NCBI GenBank assembly: GCA_963668645.2
Contig: CAXXWC010000010.1
Coordinates: 128,001 to 192,000, forward strand
Direction: 5' to 3'
Origin: Desulfobacterales bacterium
Lineage (GTDB): Bacteria; Desulfobacterota; Desulfobacteria; Desulfobacterales; UBA2174
DNA: 64,000 nt
A program made the position numbers and the translations under genes. Positions 29,652 through 39,775 of the stretch are shown here, piece by piece. The notes under the pieces are model-generated. The model was not told the DNA's origin, did not search any database, and was given only the letters and a program-made list of their open reading frames with translations. Positions within the stretch are counted from its first letter, which is position 1. Every line of letters starts with the position of its first letter.

Positions 29652-31997
29652 TTACCCCAACGGCTCGTTTTCCACCAGATCCCAAATTCCGCAGGGGCAG
29701 GCACCGGCACAAAACCCGCAGCCGATGCACCGCTCGGGATCCACCTCATAGCGCCACGCGCCCTCTTCGAGGTCCTCGCGCCGGATGGCGCTCTGGGGGC
29801 AAACAGCGACACAGATGCCGCAATCCCGGCAACTGCCGCAGGAGGCGCATTCGGTCCCGCACTGGGCCATGTCCTCGTAGGCCACCACCCGCGGATCGAA
29901 GTAGGCCAGGGACATGCGCTGCTTGTCGATCATCTGCCGGGCCGTGCTGCGCGGCCGCCGGCCGTCCAGAATCTGGCCGATGGCGTCCGCGGCCCGGCGC
30001 CCGGCGCCGATGGCGTCGGTGAGCAGTCCGGGGCGCACCGCATCGCCGATGGCGAAGATCTTCGGGTCGCTGGTCTGAAAATGCGCGTCCACCTGGACAA
30101 AGCCGCGTGCCAGGGACACCGTCTCGGGCAAAAAGGAAAGATCCGGACTGTCGCCGATGGAAATCACCACCGTGTCGGCTGGCAGGACCTCTCCATCGCG
30201 GGTCACCAGGCCTTCGCCGGTGATCTCGCGGGTAAACAGGGGCCAGCGGAAGCGGGCCCCGATGGCTTCGGCCGCCTGGCGCTCCTTGCCGAAGGAGGCC
30301 GGCTCCTGCACGTCGATCAGGGTGATCTCCCGGGCCCCGAGGCGGTAGGCCTCGGTGGCCACGTCGCAGCCCACGTTGCCCGCACCGATGATCACCACCC
30401 GCTTTCCCGGATGGGCGGCGCCGGTCTTGGCCGCCGCCAGAAAATCCAGGGCCGTGATCATTCGCTCGGCCCCGGAAATCGGCAGGCTGCGCGGGCGGTT
30501 GGCCCCCACGGCGACCACGACAAAATCGTAGTCCGCCTCAAGCTGTTCCACGTCGGCCGGCGTCAGCGCCTGCTGCAAATGGACGTGGGGAATCACCGCC
30601 CGCACCCGTTCGAGTTCGGCGTCCAGCACATCTGCCGGAATCCGGCTTTCGGGAATCACGGCCGACATCTTGCCGCCCAGGCGCTCGGCCATATCGAAAA
30701 CCGTGGCCTCATGCCCGGCACGCCGCAGTTGCCAGGCCACCGAGATCCCGGCCGCACCGCCGCCGATCACCGCGATGCGCCGTCCGCTGGGGGGCGGCAG
30801 CTCCGGTGTACGGGCCTGGATGCTGGCCTTGCCGAGTTGGGTGACGTCCACCGGCATCATCAGGGCGGAGCGCTTGGTGCAGGCCGCCATGCACAGATTC
30901 GGGCAAAGATAACCACAAACCGCCGCAGGAAAAGGGGTATAGGCCAGGGCCAGATCCACCGCTTCGTCCACCCGCCCCTGGCGCACCAGGGACCAGCGCT
31001 CCTGGACCGGAATCCCCGAGGGGCAGCTCGCTTCGCAGGGGGCGGCATACTTGCGGTTTTCCCAGACCGGCACCCAGCGGCGCAGGTTGCCGGTGGTCAC
31101 CACCGGGATGGGAGTCCGCGTCAGATGGGTCAGGTCGCCCACCACGCCGCCGGGGCCGAGTTCGGCATCCCAGACCTCCCGGTGAAAGTCCTGCATGGCC
31201 AGCAGGGCGCGCCCCCGGCGTTCCATGGGTGTGCGTGCCGCGATCAGCTGCCACCGGCTCCGGTCGGCCAGGGTTTCTGCCAGGTCCGGGCGGCGGACGT
31301 CGGCAAGAAAGCGCGGCAACCGCTCCATGAACCACTGCCAGTCGTCATCGCCGATGGGCACCAGCTTGGCATCGGTCCTGCTGAAACCCTGATGCGGGCC
31401 GTGGAAAAAGGCCTTGCCACCCACCATCCCCACAAAGGGCCGGTACCCGAGCACATTGTCGGGGTTCTGGGCCCCGATCCCGCAGACCACGGCGATGCCG
31501 CCGGCCATGAATTCGCCGAAATAGTCGCCCACCGAGCCCAGGACCCACAGCTCGGGCGGATCGAAACGCGGGTTGCGCTTGGTCATGGTCATGCCGCGGG
31601 CCCCGATGTTGCCGGCGATGGTGATCCGGCCCTGGGCCATGCCGTTGCCCACCCCGTTGGAGGCGTGGCCGTGCACCACGATCTCGGCCCCGGCGTTGAG
31701 CCAGCCGACGTCGTCCGAGGCCGGACCCATCAATTCGATGCGGGTATTGTCGAAGCCCAGAGACCCGAGGCGCTGGCCGGCATGCCCCTCGACCACCAGA
31801 TGGACCGCCTCGTTGCCGGCCCGCCAGAGCCGCCCGCCGATCCCGTGCTGGCCGAAGGCTTCGATCCGCAGCTGGCGGCCCCCCTCGGCCACGGCCCGTT
31901 GAATCCGTTCTTCGAGAATCCGCGAGGGAAGCCGCTGGCCCTCCTGGCGCCCGGAGATGAACTGGAAAGCGGCCTGTTGCTGGTCAACCGCGTTCAT
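29652..31997 (-). CDS. Glutamate synthase subunit: GXGXG (GltB3-like) domain fused to GltD-like FAD/NAD(P) oxidoreductase and 2x[4Fe-4S] ferredoxin
   Basis: N-terminal GXGXG repeats (GQHGIGG, GDYFGEFMAGG), Cys cluster APCEASCP...CGYLCPNLC, Rossmann motifs IGGGAAG and IGAGNVG, C-terminal CxxCxxCxxxC twice. Confidence 0.85.
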   Translation of the reverse strand: MNAVDQQQAAFQFISGRQEGQRLPSRILEERIQRAVAEGGRQLRIEAFGQHGIGGRLWRAGNEAVHLVVEGHAGQRLGSLGFDNTRIELMGPASDDVGWLNAGAEIVVHGHASNGVGNGMAQGRITIAGNIGARGMTMTKRNPRFDPPELWVLGSVGDYFGEFMAGGIAVVCGIGAQNPDNVLGYRPFVGMVGGKAFFHGPHQGFSRTDAKLVPIGDDDWQWFMERLPRFLADVRRPDLAETLADRSRWQLIAARTPMERRGRALLAMQDFHREVWDAELGPGGVVGDLTHLTRTPIPVVTTGNLRRWVPVWENRKYAAPCEASCPSGIPVQERWSLVRQGRVDEAVDLALAYTPFPAAVCGYLCPNLCMAACTKRSALMMPVDVTQLGKASIQARTPELPPPSGRRIAVIGGGAAGISVAWQLRRAGHEATVFDMAERLGGKMSAVIPESRIPADVLDAELERVRAVIPHVHLQQALTPADVEQLEADYDFVVVAVGANRPRSLPISGAERMITALDFLAAAKTGAAHPGKRVVIIGAGNVGCDVATEAYRLGAREITLIDVQEPASFGKERQAAEAIGARFRWPLFTREITGEGLVTRDGEVLPADTVVISIGDSPDLSFLPETVSLARGFVQVDAHFQTSDPKIFAIGDAVRPGLLTDAIGAGRRAADAIGQILDGRRPRSTARQMIDKQRMSLAYFDPRVVAYEDMAQCGTECASCGSCRDCGICVAVCPQSAIRREDLEEGAWRYEVDPERCIGCGFCAGACPCGIWDLVENEPLG

Positions 31998-32101
31998 AAC
32001 GTCCTCCTGAAAAGTCTAAACAGCCAAATTCGCCATGATGCCAAAGACTGCGGCGCCACTTGCGCCGGTCCGTTGCGGCCATCGCAAATTCCGGCCATTT
32101 T

Positions 32102-33736
32102 CTACACCACAAAGCGGATATCCAACCGCTGGGCCGCATGATAGTCGTCGATGCCGATGGCGTCTGCCATACCGATGGGCAGCGAAGTGGAGCGGCCCAG
32201 GGGCGCCACGATCTTTTTAAGCTCGGTGTCGAAGGACAGGACCGTATCCACCAGGCGCTGGGCCACATCGTCCACGTCCAGGCGCCGGTAAAGGCGCGGA
32301 TCCTGGCTGGTGATCCCCTTGGGACACTGGCCGATGTTGCAGATGTTGCAGCGGTCCGACTCGCTGCCCACGCATCCGGCCGCCGACTGCATGATGTATT
32401 TTCCCACCTGCACCCCGCTGGCCCCGAGCATGATCAGGGCCGCGGCGTTGGCCGCCAGGTTGCCCGTCTTGCCGATCCCGCCGCCGGCAAAGAGGGGAAG
32501 CTCGTTTTGCTGGCCCAGTTCCACCAGGGTCTTGTATCCGTCGCGGATGTTGGTGGCGATGGGATGGCCCATGTGGTCCATCGAGACGTTGTAGGCCGCA
32601 CCGGTGCCCCCGTCCTCGCCGTCGATGGCCAGGCCGGCGGCGTACGGATTGCGCGTCAGGTTGTTCAGCACCGCCATGGCGGTGGAGGTGCCGGAGATCT
32701 TGGGATAGACCGGCACCCTGAATCCCCAGGCCATGGACATCGAGAGGATCATCTTGGCCACCGATTCCTCGATGGAGTACTGGGTCTGGTGGGTCGGCGG
32801 GCTGGGCAGGCTGACACCGACCGGCACCCCGCGGATGGCGGCGATGAGCTTGTTGACCTTGTACCACATCAGCAGGCCGCCATCCCCCGGTTTGGCTCCC
32901 TGGCCGTACTTGATCTCGATGGCGCACGGATCTTCCTTCATCTCGGGGATGGCGTGGATGATCTCGTCCCAGCCGAAGTAGCCGCTGGCGATCTGCAGGA
33001 TCACGTACTTGAGAAAGCGGCTGCGCAGCAGCCGCGGCGGGCACCCGCCCTCGCCGGTGCAGATGCGCACCGGGATCCCCAGCTCCTCGTTGAGATAGGC
33101 GATCCCGAGCTGCAGCCCCTCCCACATGTTGGGCGAAAGGGCCCCGAAGCTCATGCCGCCGATCATCAGCGGGTAGATCTCGCGCACCGGCGGGATCCAT
33201 CCGTTCTCCCTGACAAACTGCAGGTTCTTTTCCGGCGGCAGGACCCGGCCCAGCAGGGTGCGCATCTCGAACTCGTGGCGCCCGGCGTCCAGGGCCGGGT
33301 CGGTGAGCATCGAAATGCGGGTGAACTTGATCCGGTCCAGGATCCCCCCCGGTGCGTTGCGCCGCCCGCCGCGGCTGCGCGCCTGGCCCCCGCGGTTGAT
33401 GTGAAAGCGCAGCTTGTCGGTCTCGTCCGAGCGCACCGGCAGGATGGCATCGTTGGGGCAGACCAGGGCGCAGGTGGCGCAGCCGACGCAGCGATAGGCC
33501 GGATCGGTCTTCTGGCGCACCCCGTAGTAGGTGGTGAAAGCATTGGCCGGCGGCCGTTTCGGGTCCAGGGACGGCTCGACGATCCGTTTGCGAAAGACCC
33601 CAAGCTCGATGGCATGCACCGGACACACGGCGGTGCAGCGCCCGCAAAGGGTGCACTTGTCCCGGTCCCAGACGATCTGCCAGGGCAGATCCTTGATGCT
33701 CAGTGTATTTGGGGTAATGGGTCGGTCTGCGAGCAT
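32102..33736 (-). CDS. Glutamate synthase FMN-binding subunit (GltB2-like) with N-terminal ferredoxin
   Basis: AGGAG RBS before ATG 33736. CTLCGRC and CVGCATC; MSFGALS, TGEGG, QIASGYFG, EIKYGQGAKPGDGG, DGEDGGTGAA and CPKGITSQDP. Confidence 0.9.
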   Translation of the reverse strand: MLADRPITPNTLSIKDLPWQIVWDRDKCTLCGRCTAVCPVHAIELGVFRKRIVEPSLDPKRPPANAFTTYYGVRQKTDPAYRCVGCATCALVCPNDAILPVRSDETDKLRFHINRGGQARSRGGRRNAPGGILDRIKFTRISMLTDPALDAGRHEFEMRTLLGRVLPPEKNLQFVRENGWIPPVREIYPLMIGGMSFGALSPNMWEGLQLGIAYLNEELGIPVRICTGEGGCPPRLLRSRFLKYVILQIASGYFGWDEIIHAIPEMKEDPCAIEIKYGQGAKPGDGGLLMWYKVNKLIAAIRGVPVGVSLPSPPTHQTQYSIEESVAKMILSMSMAWGFRVPVYPKISGTSTAMAVLNNLTRNPYAAGLAIDGEDGGTGAAYNVSMDHMGHPIATNIRDGYKTLVELGQQNELPLFAGGGIGKTGNLAANAAALIMLGASGVQVGKYIMQSAAGCVGSESDRCNICNIGQCPKGITSQDPRLYRRLDVDDVAQRLVDTVLSFDTELKKIVAPLGRSTSLPIGMADAIGIDDYHAAQRLDIRFVV

Positions 33737-34830
33737 GTTCTGATCTCCTGTCGATCCGGTCCGATGATGACCGTGTCGAGATGCATGGGCTGAAAATCCT
33801 TGGACTTGTCGCGGTCGGGAATCGCGGCGTCCAGGCCGCAGATCTCCGATGAAAAGGCGAAACAGCCGGGCCGGCCGCCCACCACTCCCGGCCGCAGTTT
33901 TTTGCGGTCCTGAACCATGAAAAGCGAATGGTCCACCAGACAGCCGATCACACAGTTGGGCCCGTCGATGATCAGGCGGCGGCACGAATGCTTCAGGTTC
34001 TGCAGCAGCACGGCATCCGGATGGGCCGCGATGGCCTCGTCGTTCAGGGGGGTGATGATGTGCTTGTAGGCTTCGAGCCCCAGCCCGAGAGAGTTGAGGG
34101 TGTAATGCAGGATGTGGGTAAAGACCTCCGAGTCGCTCTGGTAGCCGATATAGCCGTCAAACCCCCGCGAGGAGAGAAACTCGCGGATCGGCACGAAGGC
34201 GGTGTTCTCACCGTTGGTCATGGAGGCCAGGCCCTGGATGAAAAACGGATGGCAGGCGTACAGGTTGATGGCATAGTTGGTGTTCTGGCGCCCCTGGGCC
34301 ATGATCACCCGGGCCCGCAGATCCTTGCGGTCGAGCTTCAGGTAGCTCGCCACGGTGAGCGGATCGCCGATTTCCTTGATCATGATCACATCGGGCCAGA
34401 AGGAAAATACGATCATGTCACGCTTTTCCTCGCCCATAAGGCGCAGTTGCAGCCGGATCTTGAGCAGCCGGCGGTAAAGCTCTTCGGTGGCCAGCCCGTC
34501 CCATTCTTCCGGATACTCGTAGGCGCGAATCAGGTAGACGTCGCGCCGCGGCACCCCGGGCGGCGTGGTCTTGGGCACCTTGATGGAAAGCTTGAACTTG
34601 GTCATAAAACCGATGTTCATCATGAAGGTGTCCAGCCGCTTGAGCCCCTCTTCGGTAAAAATCCCCGACAGGATCGGGGCGTCCTTGATCTCCTCGAAGG
34701 GCCCGCCCAGGTCGCGCAGGAACAGCCCCACCCCGCTGCCGTCGTGGCCCTCGCGCATCACATCCAGGGCGTTGATGGCCACCATGGGCGACAGGGGTTC
34801 TTGGCTGGTGATGGCAAAAAGTCGGCACAT
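33700..34830 (-). CDS. Class II glutamine amidotransferase subunit of split glutamate synthase (GltB1-like)
   Basis: Begins M-CRLF (Ntn nucleophile Cys); RQNTN, CHPF, NGE, SDSE, DGP and DRKKLRP. AGGAG RBS. Confidence 0.88.
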   Translation of the reverse strand: MCRLFAITSQEPLSPMVAINALDVMREGHDGSGVGLFLRDLGGPFEEIKDAPILSGIFTEEGLKRLDTFMMNIGFMTKFKLSIKVPKTTPPGVPRRDVYLIRAYEYPEEWDGLATEELYRRLLKIRLQLRLMGEEKRDMIVFSFWPDVIMIKEIGDPLTVASYLKLDRKDLRARVIMAQGRQNTNYAINLYACHPFFIQGLASMTNGENTAFVPIREFLSSRGFDGYIGYQSDSEVFTHILHYTLNSLGLGLEAYKHIITPLNDEAIAAHPDAVLLQNLKHSCRRLIIDGPNCVIGCLVDHSLFMVQDRKKLRPGVVGGRPGCFAFSSEICGLDAAIPDRDKSKDFQPMHLDTVIIGPDRQEIRTCSQTDPLPQIH

Positions 34831-35019
34831 GATGCTCTTCTCCTTAATAGGCAAAACGCTTCCGGCTGCCAGGGAAAACGGCCGCAGGCCATTGCGTTCG
34901 GCGCCAGACCCGAAAACGGCGCCGCCTGGCGATGAATTCCGTCATTTCCGGGTGGTTCGAGTAGTGGAGTCGGTTGATCGGCAAAACCTGCCTTGGCGCA
35001 TGACGGCTTTGGTCAAGCA

Positions 35020-35035
35020 TGCAATGGTTATGCCG
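35020..35035 (-). promoter_or_regulatory. Candidate sigma-54 (-24/-12) promoter for the glt-car-pur cluster
   Basis: The minus strand reads CGGCATAACCATTGCA, i.e. GG-N10-GC close to the TGGCACG-N4-TTGCW consensus. AT-rich palindromes lie ~85-115 bp upstream. Confidence 0.55.
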
Positions 35036-35379
35036 CAAAACGAATTGAACTGGAATCTTACCTGGAGCCAACGGTTCCAGCATTCCCGGAACCCGGGCCA
35101 ATAGCATAAAAAACACATTAATGTCATTAATTTTTCCTGTAAATTACAAAATCGTTACACCCCCGCAACGGGATTTTGCAGGATATCTCATTGAGAATAA
35201 CAAGAAAAGATAAGATTTGCCCCCCGCCTGGATCGTATCGACCATAGGCCGGGATCCGAAGCGGCCGGGTCCGGCCCGATCCGCCCACGGCTCTGCCGGC
35301 CACCGGGGCGCATCCCCACCATGGCTGCCGTCCACCACGGTCGTCTTCTGCCCAAAGGAAAGGGTCCGGGATTGACCGA

Positions 35380-38300
35380 TCAGGTCTCCGGCACCGGGCG
35401 CTGGGCCGGCGGGTCGCGCCGGTACAATCCCTGGATATCGTCAACCACCAGGTAAAGGCAGGGCACAAGCAACAGGGTGATCAAAGTTGCGAAGAGGATC
35501 CCGTAGCCGAGGCTCAGGGCCATGGGGATGAGGTAGCGGGCCTGGCGGGAGGTCTCGAAAATCATGGGCGCCAGGCCGCCGAAGGTCGTCAGGGTGGTGA
35601 GCAGAATCGGCCGGAAACGGTGGATGGCCGCCTCCCGGATGGCCTCGCCGGCCGGCTGGCCGCCCAAACGCCGGCGGTTGGCCCAGTCGATGAGCACCAG
35701 CGAGTCGTTGATCACCACCCCGGAGAGGGCCACGATGCCGAACACGCTCACCACCGAGAGGCTGTAGCCCATCAGCAGGTGCCCGCCCACCGCCCCGACG
35801 ATCCCGAACGGGATCGAGAGCATGATGATCAACGGCTGGATGTAGCTGTTAAACGGGACGGCCAGCATGACGTAGATCACGAGCAGTGCCAGCAGCAACC
35901 CGCGGGTCAGACCCTGCATGCTTTCGCGCTGGTCGGCCTGGCGGCCCTCGAAGCTCACCCCCAGGCCCGGATAGCACTGCTGCAGATCGGGCAGCGCGCC
36001 GGCGCGCAGGGCCGCCAGGATCTCGCCGGCCTTGGCCCGCGGGCGCACATCGGCGCTGACCGTGATGATGCGCCGCCCGTCGCGCCGGTCGATGCTGGTG
36101 TAGGCCCGGCCGCGGGTGATGTCCACCGCATCACGCAGGCCGATCTCGCCCCCGCTCGGCGTCCGCAGGACCATCTCCTCCAGGTAGTACTCGGATTCGC
36201 GCTCTTGGCGCGGCAGCCGGATGCGCACCGTCACTTCGTGGCGGCCGCGCTGCTGGCGCAACGCTTCGACCCCGTAAAAGGCATGGCGCACCTGCCGCGC
36301 CACATCCTCTCCCTTGAGCCCCAACCCTTCGGCCTCCTGCCGGATTTTGAAATCGAGCTGCTGCTTGCCCGGGCTGTAGCCGTCGTCGATATCGGTGACG
36401 TTGGGAAATGCCTCCAAGGCCTGGGCCAGGGTTTCACCGGCCTTTTCCAGCACCTTGACGCTGCGATGACTCAACTCCACCGAAAGGGCCGGCCCGCTGC
36501 CCGGACCGCCGGCATCGGACTCGAAACGCATGTATTCCACCCCGGCCACCGGCCCTACCCGCTGGCGCCACAGGTCGGTGTAGCGGGCCGTGGCGACAGG
36601 GCGCCGGTCCGACGGGGTCAGATAGACCCGTATCTTGGCCGCGTTGGCATCGATGTCGGCGAAGATGCCTTCCACCAGCTCCGGGCCTCCGTTTTCGGCC
36701 GCCACCGCCTTGGCCGCGGTCACCAGCCGTTGCTGGACCGCTTCCGTGCGCGCCAGGGCCGTTCCGTAGGGCAGCCGCACCGTGGCCAGGGCGTAGTCGG
36801 ACTCGATTTTGGGAAAGAGCTCGAAACCCATGCGGCCGCTGCGCACGTAAGCCAGGGTCACCAGCAGCAGCGAGATGCCCAGGGCCACCGTGGCGTAGCG
36901 GTAGCCCAGGGCCAAATCGAGCAGCGGGCCGAAGCGGGAATGGATCTGGCGGGTAAAAAAGCCGCTGAAGCGCTGCTGGGTGCGCACCATCCACCCCAGT
37001 GGGCCGCGGGGGGCGCGATCCTTCTGGCCGCCGACGTGGGCCGGCAGGATGAAGAGGCTCTCGATCAGGGAAACGGCGAAGACGCTGATGACCACGATGG
37101 GCACCTGCCGGAAGACCTTGCCCATGAACCCGGGAACAAAGAACATCGGCACGAAGGCCACCATGTTGGTCAGCACGCTGAAGTTTATCGGCAAGGCGAT
37201 CTCGCGCGCCCCGGCCACCGCGGCCCGGTGCCAGGCCATCCCCTGCTGGCGGTGGTGGTAAATGTTCTCGCCGACCACGATGGCGTCGTCCACCACGATA
37301 CCCAGGGTCACGATGAAGGCGAACATCGTGATCATGTTGATACTGGTGCCGGTGGCATCCAGGATCAGCAGGCTGCCGGCAAAGGAGATGGGGATCCCGA
37401 GACTTACCCAGAAGGCCAGGCGCACTTCGAGAAAGACCGCCAGCAGGACGAAGACCAGCGAAAGGCCGATATAGCCGTTGCGCAGCAGCAGATCGAGCCG
37501 CTGGCGATAGACATCCGAGCGGTCGTTGCGGATATCGATGCCCATGCCGGGCGGCAGGCCCGGGCGCACGGTCTCGATCACCCTGCGCACCGCATCGGAG
37601 ACCGAGATGGGGGTCTGGTCGCCCACCCGGTAGACCTCCACCAGCACCGCCGGCTGGCCGTTGTAAGCGGCGCGGGTATCGGTTTCCTCGAAATCGTCCC
37701 GGATCTCGGCGATCTGCTCCAGCAGCAGGGCGGTGCCGTCGGCGGCGCTGATCACCGGAATGCGGCCGAACTCCCGGGCCCAGTCGCGCCGCTCTTTCAA
37801 GCGCACCAAGATATCGCCGGCGGCGGTCTTGATGGTCCCGCCGGGCATCTCCAGGGCCGTGCGGCGCACGGCGGCGGCCACCTGCTCCAGGGTCAGCCCG
37901 TAAGTGCGCAGCGCCTCCTGGCGGATCTCGATGGCGATTTCCAGGTCGCGCACGCCCACCAGCTCGGCCTGGGTGATGTCCGCATCCTGCAGCAGGCGGT
38001 CGCGCAGCTCCTCGGCCATTTCGCGCAGCACACGTTCATCCACCCCGCCGTAAAGGGCCAGGGATACGACGTAACGCTTGCGGTCGGCGATGGTGACCTG
38101 GGGTTCTTCGGCGTCTTCCGGAAAGGAGGTGATGCGATCGATTTCACCTTCGATGTCCCGGGCGATCCGGTCGATGTTCTCTCCCTCGAGGATCTCCACG
38201 GCCACCGTGCCGCGCCCCTCGCTGGCCGTGGCGGTGATCTTCTTGATGCCCTCGAGCCCTTCGACCGCCTCCTCGACGGCCAGCAGGACCCCGCGTTCGA

Positions 38301-38508
38301 CCTCCTCGGGGCTCGCTCCGGGATACTCGATGGTGACGTTGACCTGATCCAGCTCGAAATCGGGAAACAGCTCGCGTTTGATCTGGGTGGCGAAGATCAG
38401 GCCGCCCACCAGGAAAAGCAGCATCAAAAGATTGGCGGTGACCGAATGGCCCGCCATCCAGGCCACCGGACCGCGCCCCGGTGGGGGGGCGCCGACTTGC
38501 CCCGTCAT
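35380..38508 (-). CDS. RND efflux transporter permease (AcrB/AcrD/AcrF family)
   Basis: 1042 aa; GIVVDDAIVVGEN, GVVINDSLVL and RFRPILLTTLTT. Confidence 0.95.
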   Translation of the reverse strand: MTGQVGAPPPGRGPVAWMAGHSVTANLLMLLFLVGGLIFATQIKRELFPDFELDQVNVTIEYPGASPEEVERGVLLAVEEAVEGLEGIKKITATASEGRGTVAVEILEGENIDRIARDIEGEIDRITSFPEDAEEPQVTIADRKRYVVSLALYGGVDERVLREMAEELRDRLLQDADITQAELVGVRDLEIAIEIRQEALRTYGLTLEQVAAAVRRTALEMPGGTIKTAAGDILVRLKERRDWAREFGRIPVISAADGTALLLEQIAEIRDDFEETDTRAAYNGQPAVLVEVYRVGDQTPISVSDAVRRVIETVRPGLPPGMGIDIRNDRSDVYRQRLDLLLRNGYIGLSLVFVLLAVFLEVRLAFWVSLGIPISFAGSLLILDATGTSINMITMFAFIVTLGIVVDDAIVVGENIYHHRQQGMAWHRAAVAGAREIALPINFSVLTNMVAFVPMFFVPGFMGKVFRQVPIVVISVFAVSLIESLFILPAHVGGQKDRAPRGPLGWMVRTQQRFSGFFTRQIHSRFGPLLDLALGYRYATVALGISLLLVTLAYVRSGRMGFELFPKIESDYALATVRLPYGTALARTEAVQQRLVTAAKAVAAENGGPELVEGIFADIDANAAKIRVYLTPSDRRPVATARYTDLWRQRVGPVAGVEYMRFESDAGGPGSGPALSVELSHRSVKVLEKAGETLAQALEAFPNVTDIDDGYSPGKQQLDFKIRQEAEGLGLKGEDVARQVRHAFYGVEALRQQRGRHEVTVRIRLPRQERESEYYLEEMVLRTPSGGEIGLRDAVDITRGRAYTSIDRRDGRRIITVSADVRPRAKAGEILAALRAGALPDLQQCYPGLGVSFEGRQADQRESMQGLTRGLLLALLVIYVMLAVPFNSYIQPLIIMLSIPFGIVGAVGGHLLMGYSLSVVSVFGIVALSGVVINDSLVLIDWANRRRLGGQPAGEAIREAAIHRFRPILLTTLTTFGGLAPMIFETSRQARYLIPMALSLGYGILFATLITLLLVPCLYLVVDDIQGLYRRDPPAQRPVPET

Positions 38509-39755
38509 GGCTTCACGCCCCCCTGGCGCGGCTTGTTCTGGGCCTGGGCCGTACCGGCGGCCGGTTCGATGCGAAGCTGCATCCCGGCCGCCGGGGCGGC
38601 CAGGTCCGAAACCACCAGCCGCTCGCCTGGCGAAAGCCCCCGGTCGAGGAGCACGGTTTGCCGATCGCGCCAGACCGGAATCACATCGCGCACCACCAAA
38701 CGATCATCCGCATCGGCCAGCCAGATCTGCCGCCCGTCGCGCAGGGTGCCGCGGGGGATGGGATAGACCCCTTCCAGGGTCCGGCCCTGAATCTCCACCT
38801 GCACGAACTCGCCGATGAGCAGCGGCGGGAGCCCCCCGGGGGCGTCGAGCCCGAGCGGATCGTCCACCGCCACCAGCACCTGGGCCATACGCCCTTCGGG
38901 TGCCAGTTCACTGAGCAGACGCATCACCTTTGCCGGGCGGCGGTGCTGGCCGTGGTAGATAACCGTCGCCGGGCTGCCGGCCTCACCGGTGCGCGAGGGG
39001 ATCCGGATCCAGTCGAGCCGGTCGGTGGGCAGCGAAACCTGAACCCAGAACCGATCCGTACCCACCAGCACGGCGAGCCGGTCGCCGGTGGAAACCTGGG
39101 CGCCCAGGGCCGTTTCCTTGCTGCGCACCGTGGTGTTGAAGGGCGCGCGCACCTCGGTGTAGGCCAGGTCGCGTTCGGCCTGGACCAGTTCGGCCTCGGC
39201 GGCCGCCACGGCGGCCTGGGCCTTTTCCAGGTGCGGCCGGCGCAGGGCCAGTTCGGCATCGGCCGGATTGCCCTTGGGGCCCGGGCCCAGCAGGGCCCAT
39301 TCCCGGGCCGCCACATCCTGGTAACCCTGCTCGAGTTTCAGTTCGTAGCGGGCCTCGGCCACCTCCCGCCGTTTCTGGGCCAGGCGCAGCCGGTAGTCTT
39401 CCGGATCGATCCGGACGATGCGCTCGCCGGCGCCGATACGCCCGCCGGGCTTGAAATCCGGGTGCAGGGCGACGATCTGCCCTGTCACCCGGGGCTTGAC
39501 CACCAGTTCCCGGGCAGGCACGACGGTTCCCATGGCGGCGACGGTCACGGTCTGCCGGGCGGGCTGGACAGCCGCCACCTGGACCCAGGGCGCCACGTCC
39601 TGCGGCGCACGTTTGGCGGCCTGCGGCTTGTTGTTGTTCAGATAGCCGGCCAGGACGATGCCCGCGCCGAGCAGGCCGAGGCTCAGCACGACGTTGAGCA
39701 GGGTGCGCAGCGGCCGGCCTCGATGGGGGCGATTTCCGGTTTGATGATCGTCCAT
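38505..39755 (-). CDS. RND periplasmic adaptor (membrane fusion protein)
   Basis: N-terminal TM helix; GTV, VTGQIV, coiled hairpin, EVRAPFN and GLSPGERLV. The real start is ATG 39755; the longer ORF overlaps the upstream OMF. Confidence 0.9.
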   Translation of the reverse strand: MDDHQTGNRPHRGRPLRTLLNVVLSLGLLGAGIVLAGYLNNNKPQAAKRAPQDVAPWVQVAAVQPARQTVTVAAMGTVVPARELVVKPRVTGQIVALHPDFKPGGRIGAGERIVRIDPEDYRLRLAQKRREVAEARYELKLEQGYQDVAAREWALLGPGPKGNPADAELALRRPHLEKAQAAVAAAEAELVQAERDLAYTEVRAPFNTTVRSKETALGAQVSTGDRLAVLVGTDRFWVQVSLPTDRLDWIRIPSRTGEAGSPATVIYHGQHRRPAKVMRLLSELAPEGRMAQVLVAVDDPLGLDAPGGLPPLLIGEFVQVEIQGRTLEGVYPIPRGTLRDGRQIWLADADDRLVVRDVIPVWRDRQTVLLDRGLSPGERLVVSDLAAPAAGMQLRIEPAAGTAQAQNKPRQGGVKP

Positions 39756-39775
39756 GAAAGCGTTCCTTTTGATAC

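Noticed and set aside
35620..38766. 1048-aa + strand ORF and similar long antisense ORFs (e.g. 26440-28464, 30081-32141, 4714-6480, 61010-62701)
   Set aside because: These are shadow ORFs opposite well-supported genes, expected from high-GC codon bias; they carry no recognisable motifs.
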